This document shows positions 24,301 to 35,130 of a DNA stretch of 64,000 bases, piece by piece. Position numbers and translations under genes: made by a program. Under the pieces are notes generated by a model. The model ran no database searches, was not told the origin of the DNA, and saw nothing but the letters and a program-made list of their open reading frames with translations. Numbering within the stretch: the first letter of the stretch is position 1; each line of letters opens with the position of its first letter. Source of the stretch: Octopus sinensis (lineage: Eukaryota). The stretch is taken from assembly GCF_006345805.1 (NCBI RefSeq), contig NC_042998.1, forward strand, positions 169,756,001-169,820,000, given 5' to 3'.

Positions 24301-26159
24301 AAAGTTACACTACAAATATGGTACTAAATATATTTTCTCCAGTTAATAGCTAAACAGCATCCTTGTGGAATACTTCAATGAAAGCATGACATCCAAGAAG
24401 AGAAAATTACAAACTAGTTAATTAAAGAATGTTTGTGTGTATTCATTGCATTATATTGGCTATCTGACCTTTTAGGAAATAGGTATATGTAAAGATTAGC
24501 AATTTTTAATTACAAAGTAATTGTGAAAGCTACAACATTAGTATTATGATCTTTGAAATGGAAGTTGGTAAATTTTGTTTTTCTGAAAGAGAGAAATTTA
24601 AGCTGACTAGCAAGATTGGCCAAGACAATTTTCAAGTTTTGTTAGCTTTATATTGTAAATGATATTTCTGTATTTGATCCATTGCATGTTGCAAAGCATT
24701 TAATATTGGTTTCAAATTTTGGCACAAAACCAGCAACTTCAGGGCAGGGGGACAAGCTGATTGTTGCATCAACCCCAGTTCTCAGCTGGTATTTATTTTA
24801 TCAACTCTGAAAGGCAAAGCTGACCCTGGCAGAATTTTAAATCGGAACACAAAGACTGATGAAACGACACTTAGCATTTTTGCCTGTTAAAAGCATTTAG
24901 TATTAAAATTAAGGGGCAAGCTGACAAAATTGTTAGCATGCCAGGCAAAATGCTTAGCTGCATTTACTCCATCTTTACATTCTGATTTCAAATCCTGCCG
25001 AGGTCAGTAAAATATATACCGCTTGACCACTGGGGTTGATGTATTATTATTCAATGAAATTTAATAGAAATGCATTTCTTTTGGCATACAGACTTACCCA
25101 CTCTCCCAAAATTGCTGGCCTTGTGCAAAAATTTGAAACCAATATGAAAATGAATTAGTGTTGCCCAATTATTCTGAAAGTTAAATTAAGGAAGATAATT
25201 TAACAAATTATTTCAGTAATTACTATTTAGAAGGTGATAAAGTTGTTGAGGCATTGAATAGATGTTCTAAGTTCAGATTTCACTGAGATTAACTTTGTCT
25301 TTGATCCTTTCTGGATCAATAAAACCACTCCAAATGGTAGAACTGTTAGAGCATTGGCCTTTGTGTTCTTATGGCAACAACACTAGTGCCAAAGTATATT
25401 GGCTCTAAAGCAATGGCTTTGGACAACATCTGTGGCATGGAGAAGAGCCTTTCATGCATGGACAACTGTCAGTAACCACACACACACAACCTTGATAGAA
25501 AGTCAACTCCAGCTGACAAATGTTCTTAAATGACTTTGTAATAATTCTTTTGGGACCTGGGGATCTTGAAGCACATGAAGTTACACACACACACACACGT
25601 GTATTGGGTCATCCCATAAATATGTTGTTTTTTTTCAATTGCATGAACTAAACAGTTACTTTTTCAAAGCTATAATGGAGGTAACAAAGGGGCATATTTT
25701 GCTTTGAGTTCAATAAAGGCAACAATTCAATGGAAAGTGTGGGGAATATTAATGCAGTATGTAGATTAAACAAAACTTTATCTTAATTTTAAAAAAATAA
25801 AAGTATTTAAAAAAAAAACCTATTACTTATGGGATATCCCCTGACCCCTATATATATATATAGTGTTAATATTGGGTGGAAAATCCCTTTTGGATAGAAA
25901 ATATGTCTGCCTGTGGGATTCAAGTCATCAAAAGTAATTTATGATAGCTAATGTTCTTTTATATTTTTAGGTGGTTGACATGGATCCATTCTGGGAACCT
26001 CAAACCGAGGAAGAATATCTACATTTTGGAGAAAAGGCTGATTCAGAGAATTTGGCTCGGTCGTATATGAATGCAGTCCGTAAACGAAAGGGTTTAAAGG
26101 TTAATGAAAAAATTGTAGAACATGCAGAAAAACAAAGGACGTTAAAGAAAAACAAATAA
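300..26159 (+). CDS. EFL1: EFL1/EFTUD1 elongation factor-like GTPase 1, 3' portion (16 exons, 5' exons outside window)
   Basis: Exons join in one frame with matching intron phases and GT-AG ends. Motifs [81 protein letters not shown] and C-terminal [42 protein letters not shown] are characteristic of EFL1/Ria1. Confidence 0.97.
1190..1219 (+). CDS. EFL1: EFL1 putative 30-nt micro-exon ([10 protein letters not shown])
   Basis: attttgtag|...GAG|gtaaat; phase 0/0; falls in the variable G-domain insert. Confidence 0.55.
2391..2509 (+). CDS. EFL1: EFL1 exon (SWSADL...[20 protein letters not shown])
   Basis: tag|...|gtaagt; conserved G-domain motif; phase 0/2. Confidence 0.95.
2885..3008 (+). CDS. 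EFL1: EFL1 exon ([13 protein letters not shown]...[19 protein letters not shown])
   Basis: ttctctag|...|gtgagt; phase 2/0. Confidence 0.95.
3943..4022 (+). CDS. EFL1: EFL1 exon ([26 protein letters not shown])
   Basis: ttcttcag|...|gtaagt; phase 0/2. Confidence 0.95.
4299..4512 (+). mobile_element. tRNA-derived SINE, family B
   Basis: ggcgagctggtagaattgttagc...gagttcaaattcc...ggccttgtgccagaatttgaaatcaat. Other copies: + ~11939, 19893, 24916, 32385, 39165, 39432, 41760; - ~1340, 2083, 24705, 29505, 31565, 33410. Confidence 0.85.
5186..5319 (+). CDS. EFL1: EFL1 exon (DKEMIAKIV...[13 protein letters not shown])
   Basis: ctcttcag|...|gtaagc; phase 2/1. Confidence 0.95.
5523..6807 (+). mobile_element. 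full-length mariner (DD34D) transposon, dead transposase
   Basis: ~30-bp TIRs (t/c)tgggtcatcccataaataatgc, TA TSDs, 1285 bp. Transposase remnant 5707..6734 with [23 protein letters not shown]; five in-frame stops and one frameshift near 6520. Confidence 0.95.
6964..8047 (+). mobile_element. internally deleted piggyBac element
   Basis: TTAA TSDs; TIR ccctttcgttac/gtaacgaaaggg. ORF 7243..7680 is an acidic N-terminus plus [21 protein letters not shown] (PGBD-type), then a frameshift and truncation. Confidence 0.9.
8350..8719 (-). mobile_element. RTE 3'-UTR copy with internal 62-bp tandem array
   Basis: catcatcatttaacgtccgctttcc tail; units start 8521, 8583, 8645, 8707. Other copies at ~4565-4750, 9075-9260 and 10430-10629. 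Confidence 0.8.
9717..9839 (+). CDS. EFL1: EFL1 exon (MVAKKIPAP...[10 protein letters not shown])
   Basis: tttgtag|...|gtatga; phase 1/1. Confidence 0.93.
10851..10950 (+). CDS. EFL1: EFL1 exon ([19 protein letters not shown]...LPQHKA)
   Basis: ttattag|...|gtactt; phase 1/2. Confidence 0.95.
11542..11672 (+). CDS. EFL1: EFL1 exon ([14 protein letters not shown]...)
   Basis: ttttacag|...|gtaagt; phase 2/1; domain II insertion. Confidence 0.93.
12944..12985 (-). ncRNA. minimal type-I hammerhead ribozyme motif
   Basis: UCCAGG-CUGAUGA-C GAG caaga CUC A-GAAACAUGUC-UCUGGA; core and GUC site intact. Confidence 0.7.
13276..13436 (+). CDS. EFL1: EFL1 exon (...[27 protein letters not shown]...)
   Basis: gctttag|...|gtaagt; phase 1/0. 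Confidence 0.95.
13556..13954 (+). mobile_element. tRNA-derived SINE, family A
   Basis: A box TGGCTGTGTGGT, B box GGTTCAGTCC, CORE-like cttggacaa, internal (TA/TG)n, tail stem-loop cagtc-aaat-gactg plus gtaaaaga. Confidence 0.9.
13955..14346. repeat. ~390-bp palindrome of two head-to-head tRNA-headed elements
   Basis: Arms 13955..14139 and 14160..14346 are reverse complements with scattered mismatches and small indels; 20-nt spacer. Confidence 0.95.
14275..14317 (+). ncRNA. degenerate hammerhead-like motif (mirror copy at 13991..14033, -)
   Basis: GACAC-CUGAAGA-A-(A/G)GCUG..CAGCC-GAAAC-GUGUU; no UH triplet. Confidence 0.5.
15715..16290 (-). mobile_element. 5'-truncated RTE-clade LINE (ORF2 end plus 3' UTR)
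   Basis: Minus strand [17 protein letters not shown] (RTE ORF2 C-terminal motif) followed by the family 3' UTR and a GAT-rich tail. Confidence 0.75.
16424..16577 (+). CDS. EFL1: EFL1 exon (...[21 protein letters not shown])
   Basis: ctctacag|...|gtgagt; phase 0/1. Confidence 0.95.
16855..17235 (-). mobile_element. SINE family A
   Basis: Reverse-complement match to family A. Confidence 0.8.
17510..17868 (+). mobile_element. non-autonomous Helitron-like element
   Basis: A|TC...CTAG|T ends; subterminal ccc(a)agcaacgccggg hairpin remnant; internal ~100-bp tandem duplication. Confidence 0.75.
18005..18360 (-). mobile_element. SINE family A
   Basis: Reverse-complement match, low divergence. Confidence 0.85.
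18505..18868 (+). mobile_element. SINE family A
   Basis: Head and tail match. Confidence 0.85.
19724..19855 (+). CDS. EFL1: EFL1 exon ([14 protein letters not shown]...[12 protein letters not shown])
   Basis: tttgtag|...|gtaagt; phase 1/1. Confidence 0.95.
20201..20348 (+). CDS. EFL1: EFL1 exon ([19 protein letters not shown]...[11 protein letters not shown])
   Basis: gttgttag|...|gtaatt; phase 1/2. Confidence 0.96.
20460..21346 (+). CDS. EFL1: EFL1 large exon (YANVQII...PFRETI...ATADVL), domain IV
   Basis: cattgcag|...|gtaagt; 887 nt, phase 2/1; matches ORF-track 20497..21366. Confidence 0.97.
21710..21928. mobile_element. piggyBac-type MITE
   Basis: TTAA|ccctttagt...actaaaggg|TTAA. Related partial copies at ~990-1093, ~3131-3330 and ~49850-50078. 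Confidence 0.85.
22003..22195. mobile_element. solo LTR (193 bp)
   Basis: Starts TGTTATGT, ends ACACAACA, flanked by a perfect GTTTC duplication (21998-22002, 22196-22200). Confidence 0.75.
22376..22560 (+). CDS. EFL1: EFL1 exon ([11 protein letters not shown]...[27 protein letters not shown])
   Basis: atttcag|...|gtaagg; phase 1/0. Confidence 0.96.
22765..23035 (+). mobile_element. RTE 3'-UTR copy
   Basis: gtgccggtggcac units; ends ggacgctaaacgatgatgatgat. Confidence 0.8.
23150..23800 (-). mobile_element. degraded RTE LINE fragment
   Basis: Minus strand [10 protein letters not shown]...KGRL...[11 protein letters not shown] plus a 3' tail. Confidence 0.65.
25604..25848 (+). mobile_element. 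MITE derivative of the 5523..6807 mariner family
   Basis: Same left TIR and transposase start (atggaggtaacaaagg) joined to the 3' UTR and a degenerate right TIR; TA flanks. Confidence 0.85.
25971..26159 (+). CDS. EFL1: EFL1 terminal coding exon
   Basis: tttttag|GTG...AAA TAA; EFL1-specific C-terminal tail. Confidence 0.97.
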   Translation: MVDMDPFWEPQTEEEYLHFGEKADSENLARSYMNAVRKRKGLKVNEKIVEHAEKQRTLKKNK

Positions 26160-26242
26160 ACCTTACTAATTCTTTAAAATTTATGTTGGAGACCAATTAT
26201 TCTAATGAATGTAATTTTACAAACTAAGGTATATTGTCAAAA

Positions 26243-26248
26243 AATAAA
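26243..26248 (+). terminator. candidate EFL1 polyadenylation signal AATAAA
   Basis: First AATAAA 84 nt after the stop, followed by T/GT-rich sequence. Confidence 0.45.
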
Positions 26249-26624
26249 AATGTATTCATAATCTATTTGATTTTTATTTTGCTGTCTGTCTCTGAGAAAA
26301 TTGTTATATTCATTTTTGAAACTGGTATTGCTCAGATTTTATAGCCTAATGGGTTTTACATAAAAAGTTAAATATATCACGTGTGTTAGTTTGTTTTCAA
26401 TAGATCAATGAACTAATATTGAAGCAAATAATTTGTCCAAACAAATTCATTTTCTTTTTTAGTTTTGTCATAATATGAATGGCTTCCATTAGACACCAAA
26501 CATTACAATTTAGTAAAGGGAAGTAACCGTTACTTCACTGCATGTATAATTTTTAAGATTTGAGTAACCGCCCCTTTGCTGTGCCTCGGGTATACGAGTT
26601 AATTCGTTCCCGGAGACTGCTCGT

Positions 26625-26902
26625 CAATGACATCTATTGAGGTGAATACAATTTCTGCTGTTGTTTGTTAACAACTTCCTGCGGTCTCTATTTTGTTTGT
26701 CACTGTTATTTATGACATATTTCATATCAGTCACGTTCGTATGAATAAAAGGTTATGGGTGGGGAAGAAGGGTTTCTTTTTTCTTCAGAAATGTAAATAA
26801 ACCCACGTGGGTTTATAAGTGACAGCTACACCGCTAGAAGTTCTTGTTGAACTTGTTGGCAAATAACAGCAGAAATTGTATTCACCTCAATAGACGTCAT
26901 TG
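26625..26902. repeat. 54-bp inverted repeat pair (26625..26678 / 26849..26902)
   Basis: 49/54 identity by manual alignment; lies in a CpG-richer, probably MITE-derived segment extending to ~27087. Confidence 0.9.
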
Positions 26903-28766
26903 AATGGTTGAAATTGTCGAAATGCAAGAAATTTAACAACAAATAGCTTACAAACTACAGAATTTTCTCAAGAAAGCCAAGAGAAAAAGATGTTTTATGT
27001 AACACATTCTACCAGTATACGAAGTTTAAAAGTGTTTAGTTACGAAATAATTATTTTAAAAATCTGCCGGTCAAAGTGAAAAGATCCAAATTTTTACAAT
27101 TTGTGTGTATTTATTTTATAAATGTAAAACAACACCACAGAGGAATCGAAGTAAGCTTGAATAACGAGCCATGATATGATAAGGGATTACTGTACTTACA
27201 AAGTGTTTGGTAATTATAAAGATTCTGATGCTTTTAGTTGCAAAATGTTCAGGAGCTGCTGACAATTAGGGAAAAAACTCATTTTTGGTTTAATATGAAC
27301 AAGGGTCTTAAAATGTAACCACTCTGCATTTATAACTTGACAGTGAAAAACGGAAAGCATTAAAATGAAGAAAAATAGATAAATTATACATTGATGTAAG
27401 GAAAAGTTTTTGAACTCCGGTTAGAATTTGTTCAACATTTATTTATTTTGAGGGGGGAAAACTATTTGTCAGAAAAAAACAATAAGTATTTTAGCAACCA
27501 TATTTCTTAATGAGAAATTTAGAGATTGGATATTTAAACTGATAGACGAAGTATGATACAAAGAGTATTTTTTTTTAATATTTAGGCTTAAAAAAATTGT
27601 AAATAGACATTTAAAACATTTTACAAAAATATGAACAAAAGTGAGAATAATGGAAAAGTTTTCATAATTGTTTTTGTCTTGGGAATTTTGCCTGCAAGAA
27701 TTCATTTCTCCAATAGAAAAAAAAGTGACAATGGTAGGGAGGTGGGAATCACTAAAATCTTAACATTTTTTTGTTTTTGTTTTTTTTTTATAGAAACATT
27801 AAACTATTTTAAGGACATATAAATGACTGATGAAATGTTTAAAATTACAGTTGGCATTCATAAATTTTTAAAAACATCTTTGTTTACATAGTTATTTTAC
27901 AAAAAAGAAATTCTTATAAGTGAAAATGTAACTGGTTCCATAAAATTCCGGGCTGATGGATACAACATTCTTCCTTTTTTTAAAAATTTTTTTTTTACAT
28001 GGATGATATATTTTTTTTTTCATTTACAGAGAAATTATAATGATAATGAGTGAACAAACCAGCTTATTTAATGGATACCTTCAGACAGTTTTGTTTTGTT
28101 TTCTGATCATGTATCAAATTGTTCTTTGGCATTGTGTTGACAGGGGAAGGAAGGAAGGAGAAGAAAAAAAACAAACAAAAACACTGAATCATTTACTGCA
28201 GACTGAATTGGTGCCAAAATATATAAGATTGTATCATTTCATGTGCAAGCTGGACGGAATTATGTAGCTCAGATTATATGGGAAAATGTCAGTTAAAATG
28301 AAAAATGAATACAAATAATATTTTTTAAAAAAAGATTAAATTACATAATATAGATTCTGAAAAAAATCCTTTTCTGAAACAAATATTCGATTAATCACTT
28401 GCATATGTGTAAGGCATATAAAATCAATAACTCTTAATACAGCCTGCAGATACATTAATATATGATTAGGTCAACAGGAAATTAATTGGGAGTAACTGAC
28501 TGTAAATCTATTAAAAACTTACATGAGAACTGCTAAAAGAAATTTTGTTGAAAATGTTAGAGAATATGTATAGAATTAATAAGATTTTTTTTTTTTACTT
28601 GTTCAATATAAATCTATATACTTAGACCTACAATAGTTTGGAAAATAAATAATCCTAATTATTTATGTAAAAAAAAAAAAGTTGACAAGTACTTAGATTT
28701 CAATACTGAAATGTTTTGATAAGATTAAGTCAAACTATTTAAAGTAAAAAAAAATTTTTTTTTAAA

Positions 28767-30996
28767 CTAAAATGTTTTGTGTACATACAAGCAAAAAAAA
28801 GTTTCAAAACCAAAATTAAGCATATTTCTCTTAACTAAATAATGGCAATTAATCCAAAGAGATGATAGATAACTGACTAGATAGGCTGTTGGACCATTTC
28901 GTTGAAGATTTGACAAAGTGAGTATCTTGTCATTAACAATCAACTCTTGAATGGCTCTGAAATAAATGCAGTAAGCAGTTATAGATGAGAGAATGATATA
29001 TTAGCTGTGTCAACTGAATTGACACTAAGGACACTTAGGAATTAAAATATGAATGGAATGGAAATGATTTTTGTGGAGAATTAGTAGAAGAAACAAGGAA
29101 TAAAATTTCCAAGATTACTACATAATGAGAAAATGCTTTTTTTAGTACATTTTGTCATTATTCATGAGACATTCAAAGTATAACAGATGGTATTGCAACA
29201 GCTTTTCTAACCTATATAAATTAATTTGAACACAACATATTGCATTAGTCATTAGTTCAATAATAAATTATTAATTAAAAAATATATTTCATAGAGCTGT
29301 ACTAGTGAGGAAAACAGTAATGGCCCCTTTACCATCAATGTGCTAAATATTTTGTTATATTTCATATGAATACAAAACTACTACCCTACAGAACATCCTT
29401 TGCTATATTTACTCTTTAAATACTAGTCTGTGAGTGTTCAAAACTAAACAAACTGTTTTTAACTGTGGAACTCAAAGTAGATAAAGCTATAAATAACCCT
29501 TTCTGCTATAGGCACAAGGCCCGAAATCTTGGGTGGGTGGTGGGGCTAGTTGATTACATTGAATCCCAGTGTTTCACTGGCACTTAATTTATTAAACCTG
29601 AAAAGATGAAAGGCAAAGTTAACCTAGGTAGAATTTGAAGTCAGAACGTAAAGGTAGATGAAATGCCACAAAGCACTGCTCAGTGTGCTAACAATTCTGC
29701 CAGATTGTAGCTTTCATAAAGCTATAAATAATAGCATGTAGGTTTTAAAAATCCTTAGACAGAAAACAGGTGAAGGCTCCCCTTGACTTTTTTCTAATTG
29801 AATGGTTTTTAACCTGATATTCTTACAACTTGCTGTTATCTTAAGCTTTATCTACTTTGAATTATTCTACTGTTAAAAATGATTTATTTCATACCTCTTG
29901 AAATTTCAAAATTTTAATGATGCAAACAAATAATATACAAGAACTATGCTGGATATCAATCTTGCTATCAATCTCAAAGTCTTCTCTTCCACAATAAACT
30001 ATAAATCACATACTTTACATCACCACATGTTGCATAGCCCAACAGTACAATGGAATCAAAATACTAATAATGAAAGATGATATGGATGTGTGACGGAAAT
30101 ATTTTATGGGGCCAGTAAAGAATTAAAAAGTGCGTGGATATATTGCCACATTTAATAAAAAGTAAAATGGTTTTAAAATTGTTCATGATATAGAAAGAAT
30201 TATGTGGATGCAAACTCTAATTTAACTTATTAATAAAGAAAGGAGAGGCAAGCAATTTCCCTTTTTATTTGGTAGGCTTGCCATCTGAACTGTTTTTAGC
30301 AGCATAATAGACTCCTTGGCAAAGTATTGCACTGGAGTCTCTACATTTATTTCTTGACAACAAGCATCATCTTACATAGAGTTGGACCCTGGGTGTGTTT
30401 AGTGTGCCTATGTCTTAGTTTTGAGAAGGACAAGACAAGTTTTAAAACAAATTTGCATATAGATTAAACTATTAGCAGCATTACTAACCTTTTTAAGCCC
30501 ACTAAACTCTGCTGGAATGCACTCTACTAACGATAAATAAGTACAGAAGAACTACTGCATCCACCTAACATACTTCCCAGAAACAACTAAATTGGGCGAA
30601 AGAACAGAATATGCACACCTGGTGTTTAGAGTTAAGCTTTTTGTTACGCCAAAAACGGGTGGTGTACGTATTCTTTACCTCCGCCACTAAATTGAACAAC
30701 AAATTAACTGAGATTACTTTGTAAGACTGAAAAAGTATGGGGTATTTTTTCTCTCTCCTGTACAAAATTGCCAATACATAAAACGAAATATTATTCAGTT
30801 GAACAAGAACTAACATTCAAGTGAACTGTTAATAATTAAAGAACAATGAATAAATTGTCTAATTTAGTAAATGTGCAGTTATTAGGATGTAAATTTGAAG
30901 TATCTAAGATACTTCAACTTTAAATCTGTCGGCAATTTATGATGTTATTGCATAGAATATTACCGTTTTTCTCCGTTTCTGCTGCAGAGATAGCAT
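28767..30996 (-). other. candidate small spliced gene (exons 30996-30964, 30618-30574, 30063-30014, 28956-28878 or read-through to 28767)
   Basis: Four GT-AG-bounded segments join in frame from an ATG without a stop. A CpG-richer putative promoter lies at ~31000-31160. No homolog recognised. Confidence 0.3.
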
Positions 30997-31106
30997 ATAA
31001 TTGTCAGAGTGGAGCTGTCTAATTTTCGCGTACCTTTGGAACAAGTTCTCACAACTTCCACACTGAACAACCTGTTCGTCACAGAATTACGTCGGGTGTA
31101 TTTTTG

Positions 31107-31157
31107 AAGGGAGATAACAATTAAAACTTATTGAGATAGATTAGTCAAGGGAGATAA
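31107..31157. promoter_or_regulatory. twin AAGGGAGATAA motifs 40 bp apart, putative promoter element
   Basis: Exact 11-mer at 31107 and 31147, next to a locally CpG-containing segment. Confidence 0.25.
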
Positions 31158-31853
31158 TTAGCCAAAACTTGCTCAATTTTAACAATTTATTTAAGTTTTA
31201 ATGATAAATGAATGTTGCTTTATTTTCCTTTTATATTTTCAAGACAGATTTCACAGAATTAACAAGAACAAATTAAACGAATGACTTACTTGAGTCAGCG
31301 ATAAGAAATATATTCTTTATATATTTATTAAAGAACAAAAATATAAATTTAACACTTTGATCGTAGAATGAGTATTTTTATCTCAATTTCTACAGTGGAG
31401 ACACATTTCTGAGTTACTATTCTTAGCAGGTCTACCACATATCTTCTAGTTATCTAAGATAAACAGATATTAGAGTCAATCCAAGAAGCAATTAAATATA
31501 TAACATGAACTATAATGATACTAAATATTGATGCAATATCACTTTGGAAAATGGGTCTTTTCACATGGCCAGCAATTTTTTTGGAGGTGGGTGGAATTAA
31601 TTACATCGATTCCAGTGCTTAACTGGTAAGACGAATTTGAACTTAGAATGTAAAGACAGACTAAATGCCACTAAGCATGCTAACGATTCTCTCAGTTCAC
31701 CACCCTACTACCTGCTAATATTCGTAAGCATAAACTTATGTTTTAATGGACTAATAGGTGTAGCTATTAATACCGAGAGTATGTTAATTCAAAGATAGTC
31801 TAAGGCCCTTTCTTATTGTTTTTAATATAAATGAGAACTTTAATCCAGTATAT

Positions 31854-32268
31854 AGGTGCAGGCATGGCTGTGTGGTATGAAGCTTGCTTCCCAACCACAT
31901 GGTTCCAAGTTCAGTCCCACTGCATAACATTTTCACCAAGTGTCTTCTACTATAGTCTCAAGCTGACCAAAGCCTTGTGAGTACATTTCGTAGACAGAAA
32001 CTGAAAGAAGCCTGTTAGATATATATATATGTATATATTTATGTGTGTGTTTGTGTTTGTCCCACACCCACCCACCTCCGCCATCACTTTACAACCAATG
32101 GTGGTGTGTTTATGTCCCTGTAACATAACCGTTTGGCAAAAGAGACCATTACAATAAGTACTAGGCTTACAAAGAATAAGTCCAGGCGTTGATTTCTTCG
32201 ACTAAAGCCCCTTTAAGGCAGTGCTCCAGTATGGCCACAGTCAAATGACTAAAACAAGTAAAAAAAAG
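31854..32268 (+). mobile_element. SINE family A
   Basis: Full-length match. Confidence 0.85.
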
Positions 32269-34400
32269 ATGCTAGTGCACACTATAAACATTATTAAATT
32301 GTAATAAAATAAATGTTGACTTCCTTTGTTGACAAATATTTTACCATGTAAGTACAGTATTATTATTATTGTTATTACTGTGGTGACAAGCTGGCAGAAT
32401 CGTTAGCACACTGGGCAAAATGCTTAGCAGCATTTCATCCGTTTTTACGTTCTGAGTTCACATTCTGCCAAGGTCGACCTTGCCTTTCATCCTTTTGGGG
32501 GTCAATGAATTAAGTACCAGTGAAACACCTCCTCCAAAATTTCAGGCCTTGTGTCTTTCATAGAAAGGATTATTATTATTGTTATTATTCAGTCCATTAA
32601 ATCTAAAACTCATTAAATCACAATTTGCTAAATCAAAGTTTTATTGTATTTCATTTGTAAATATAGATATTCTATAAGATTCATCTTTTTAAAAGACTGA
32701 ATTTCAAATTCATTAACATGATTTTTAAAAAAATTAATTAATCATTTCTATATTGTAGCCAGACATTTTCTTTCCTTAATCTTACATAGTGTACTAACTA
32801 TAATCATTAAAAATGATTCTGCTATTTAGATATGAAGGTATCAAGTGAAAAAATGCTTTTGAAAGCTGTCACAGGTGTATAAAATGATTCTAAATATATC
32901 CATGGAAAGCAAACAAATACAGAAAGTTTTTAGTTTAAGAATAAAAAAGGAATTAAAAGATGGTCTTCAAACAGAAGTAAGACTGAAGGACTTCAGTAAA
33001 GACATTGTGCTTACTACATTAAAAAAAAACAACAACAATATGAAGTATTTTTCAATATACCCTAAAACCATATTATAGTTATAATAAGCTACATCTGGGA
33101 AAGAATGTTTTATCTGAGCTTAAATAAATACATAAGTAAATACAATTTTTGGAAAATATTTAGATATTAATTTTTTTCTACAATTTGTATTTACTTAAAC
33201 TTAATTTAAATCAAATTTTATTTTCGTTACATCACAAACACAATAAATCTGGACCTCATAAGCTAATTTTGTAACCACTCCGTGAAGCTTCTTTTTTTCT
33301 CCTCTGAAGTTATATAAATAATGAATATCTTAATTTAACAAAAATTCAAGGTTTCAAAACAGAAAATTACAGCTAAATGCTCATTATAACAACAACTGAT
33401 CTATAATCGTTTCTACTCAGGTAGGACTGAAATTTCAGGCAGGGGTGCAATTGATTATATTGACCTCAGTACTCAACAGGTATTTGTTTTATTGACTCCA
33501 AAGGGATGAAAAGCAAAACAAACCTCTTTGGAATTTGAACTCAGAATATAAAAATGGACAAAACACTGCTTAGCATTTTTTCCAGCATAATATTGAATCC
33601 GCCAGCCCACCACCCTTCAATGAATTTATAATGATATTAATATTTATTTTTCAGTATGGAATGTAGGTATTTTGAAAATACCTCATGGAGTGACAACTAT
33701 GCCCTGCATAGTTATGGGCTGCTCTTTTGCAAGGTATAAAACCTGTTCAGCCATCCTACTAGGGATACAACAAAGTCATGCATGTGACTGCAGCATGGCG
33801 GATTGTGAAGAGATAGCGGAAGATCTCAACTGAGCCAACAGTGCTTCTTACACTGATACTGAGCAGACAAATCCTAGATCAACAGTTAGGATCACCAAGC
33901 TCTATCAAAGGAGTAACTACAATGCATCCATAGAAGTGGTGTCCATGATTGTGTAATCAGCTAATGAAAGATTCCCTATGACTCAAGCTCCCAATTCAAA
34001 TTCCTAATAATGGAATTGGATGGCGACAGAAAGACATGGGAATCTGCAAAAGCAGCTAAAAGAAAAAAAATTGGTATAATAATCAAGTACTTGCTGATTT
34101 GACATCTTAAGAGAATAATTTATGATTCACCATGTTTTTACGTACCAGAATAACGTAAAAAAGTTAAATATATATATATTATATTTTATGAATCAAAAAT
34201 TTCATGATGTTAAGGAGAACCTAAGAAACACATTTCCAATAAAAAGCAGGTACCTCAAGATCCACGAGTAAAGCTGTTAATATGCAAAGATATGATGCAT
34301 GATTATCAGACCCTTCATGGTTCTTGATGGAATGCAATACATATGAAAATAAAAAAGTCATTATTTGCACTGTCTACTGCATGATCTGGAATTATAAATT

Positions 34401-34558
34401 GCGTAGGAGTGGCTGTGAGGTAAGTAGCTTGCTTACGAACCACACGGTTCCGGGTTCAGTCCCACTGCATGGCACCTTGGGTTAGTGTCTTCTACTATAG
34501 CCTTGGGCCAACCAAAGCCTTGTGAGTGGATTTGGTAGATGGAAACTGAAAGAAACCC

Positions 34559-34606
<48 letters not shown>

Positions 34607-34833
34607 CATATATGTTTGTGTGTCTGTGTTTGTCCCCCCAACATCGCTTGACAACCGATGCTGGTTTGTTTACGTCCCCGTAACGTAGCAGTTCGGCAAA
34701 AGAGACCAATAGAATAAGTACTAGGCTTACAAAGAATAAGTCCTGGGGTCGATTTGCTCGACTAAAGGTGGTGCTCCAGCATGGCCACAGTCAAATGACT
34801 GAAACAAGTAAAAGAATAAAAGAAAAGAAAAGA
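34401..34833 (+). mobile_element. SINE family A
   Basis: Full-length match. Confidence 0.88.
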
Positions 34834-35130
34834 ATATTTATTCTTAATATGTATCAGCAGATTCAAATGCAAAATTTGTTACTGTTATGCAAGAAGATCA
34901 ATTACTTTCATTTTGGTAAGTAAATATTGCTAGGAAGAAAGATTATTCCTTATAAGAAAGTGGATCAGCAATATGATATCAAACTAACTTAGCACAGAAT
35001 ACATTTTGGCATCAAGTCAGTTTTTCAAACACCTTCTTGATTTTTATAAGATATTTTCATATGTATTCGTTCAATAATTGGTCTATTTTCATTGTGGGTA
35101 AGAGTTTCTTAGTTTCATCTAAGAGTACTT

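Noticed and set aside
28290-30960. Intronic C/D snoRNAs that would make the candidate gene a snoRNA host
   Set aside because: No properly spaced box C (RUGAUGA) and box D (CUGA) pair with a terminal stem was seen.
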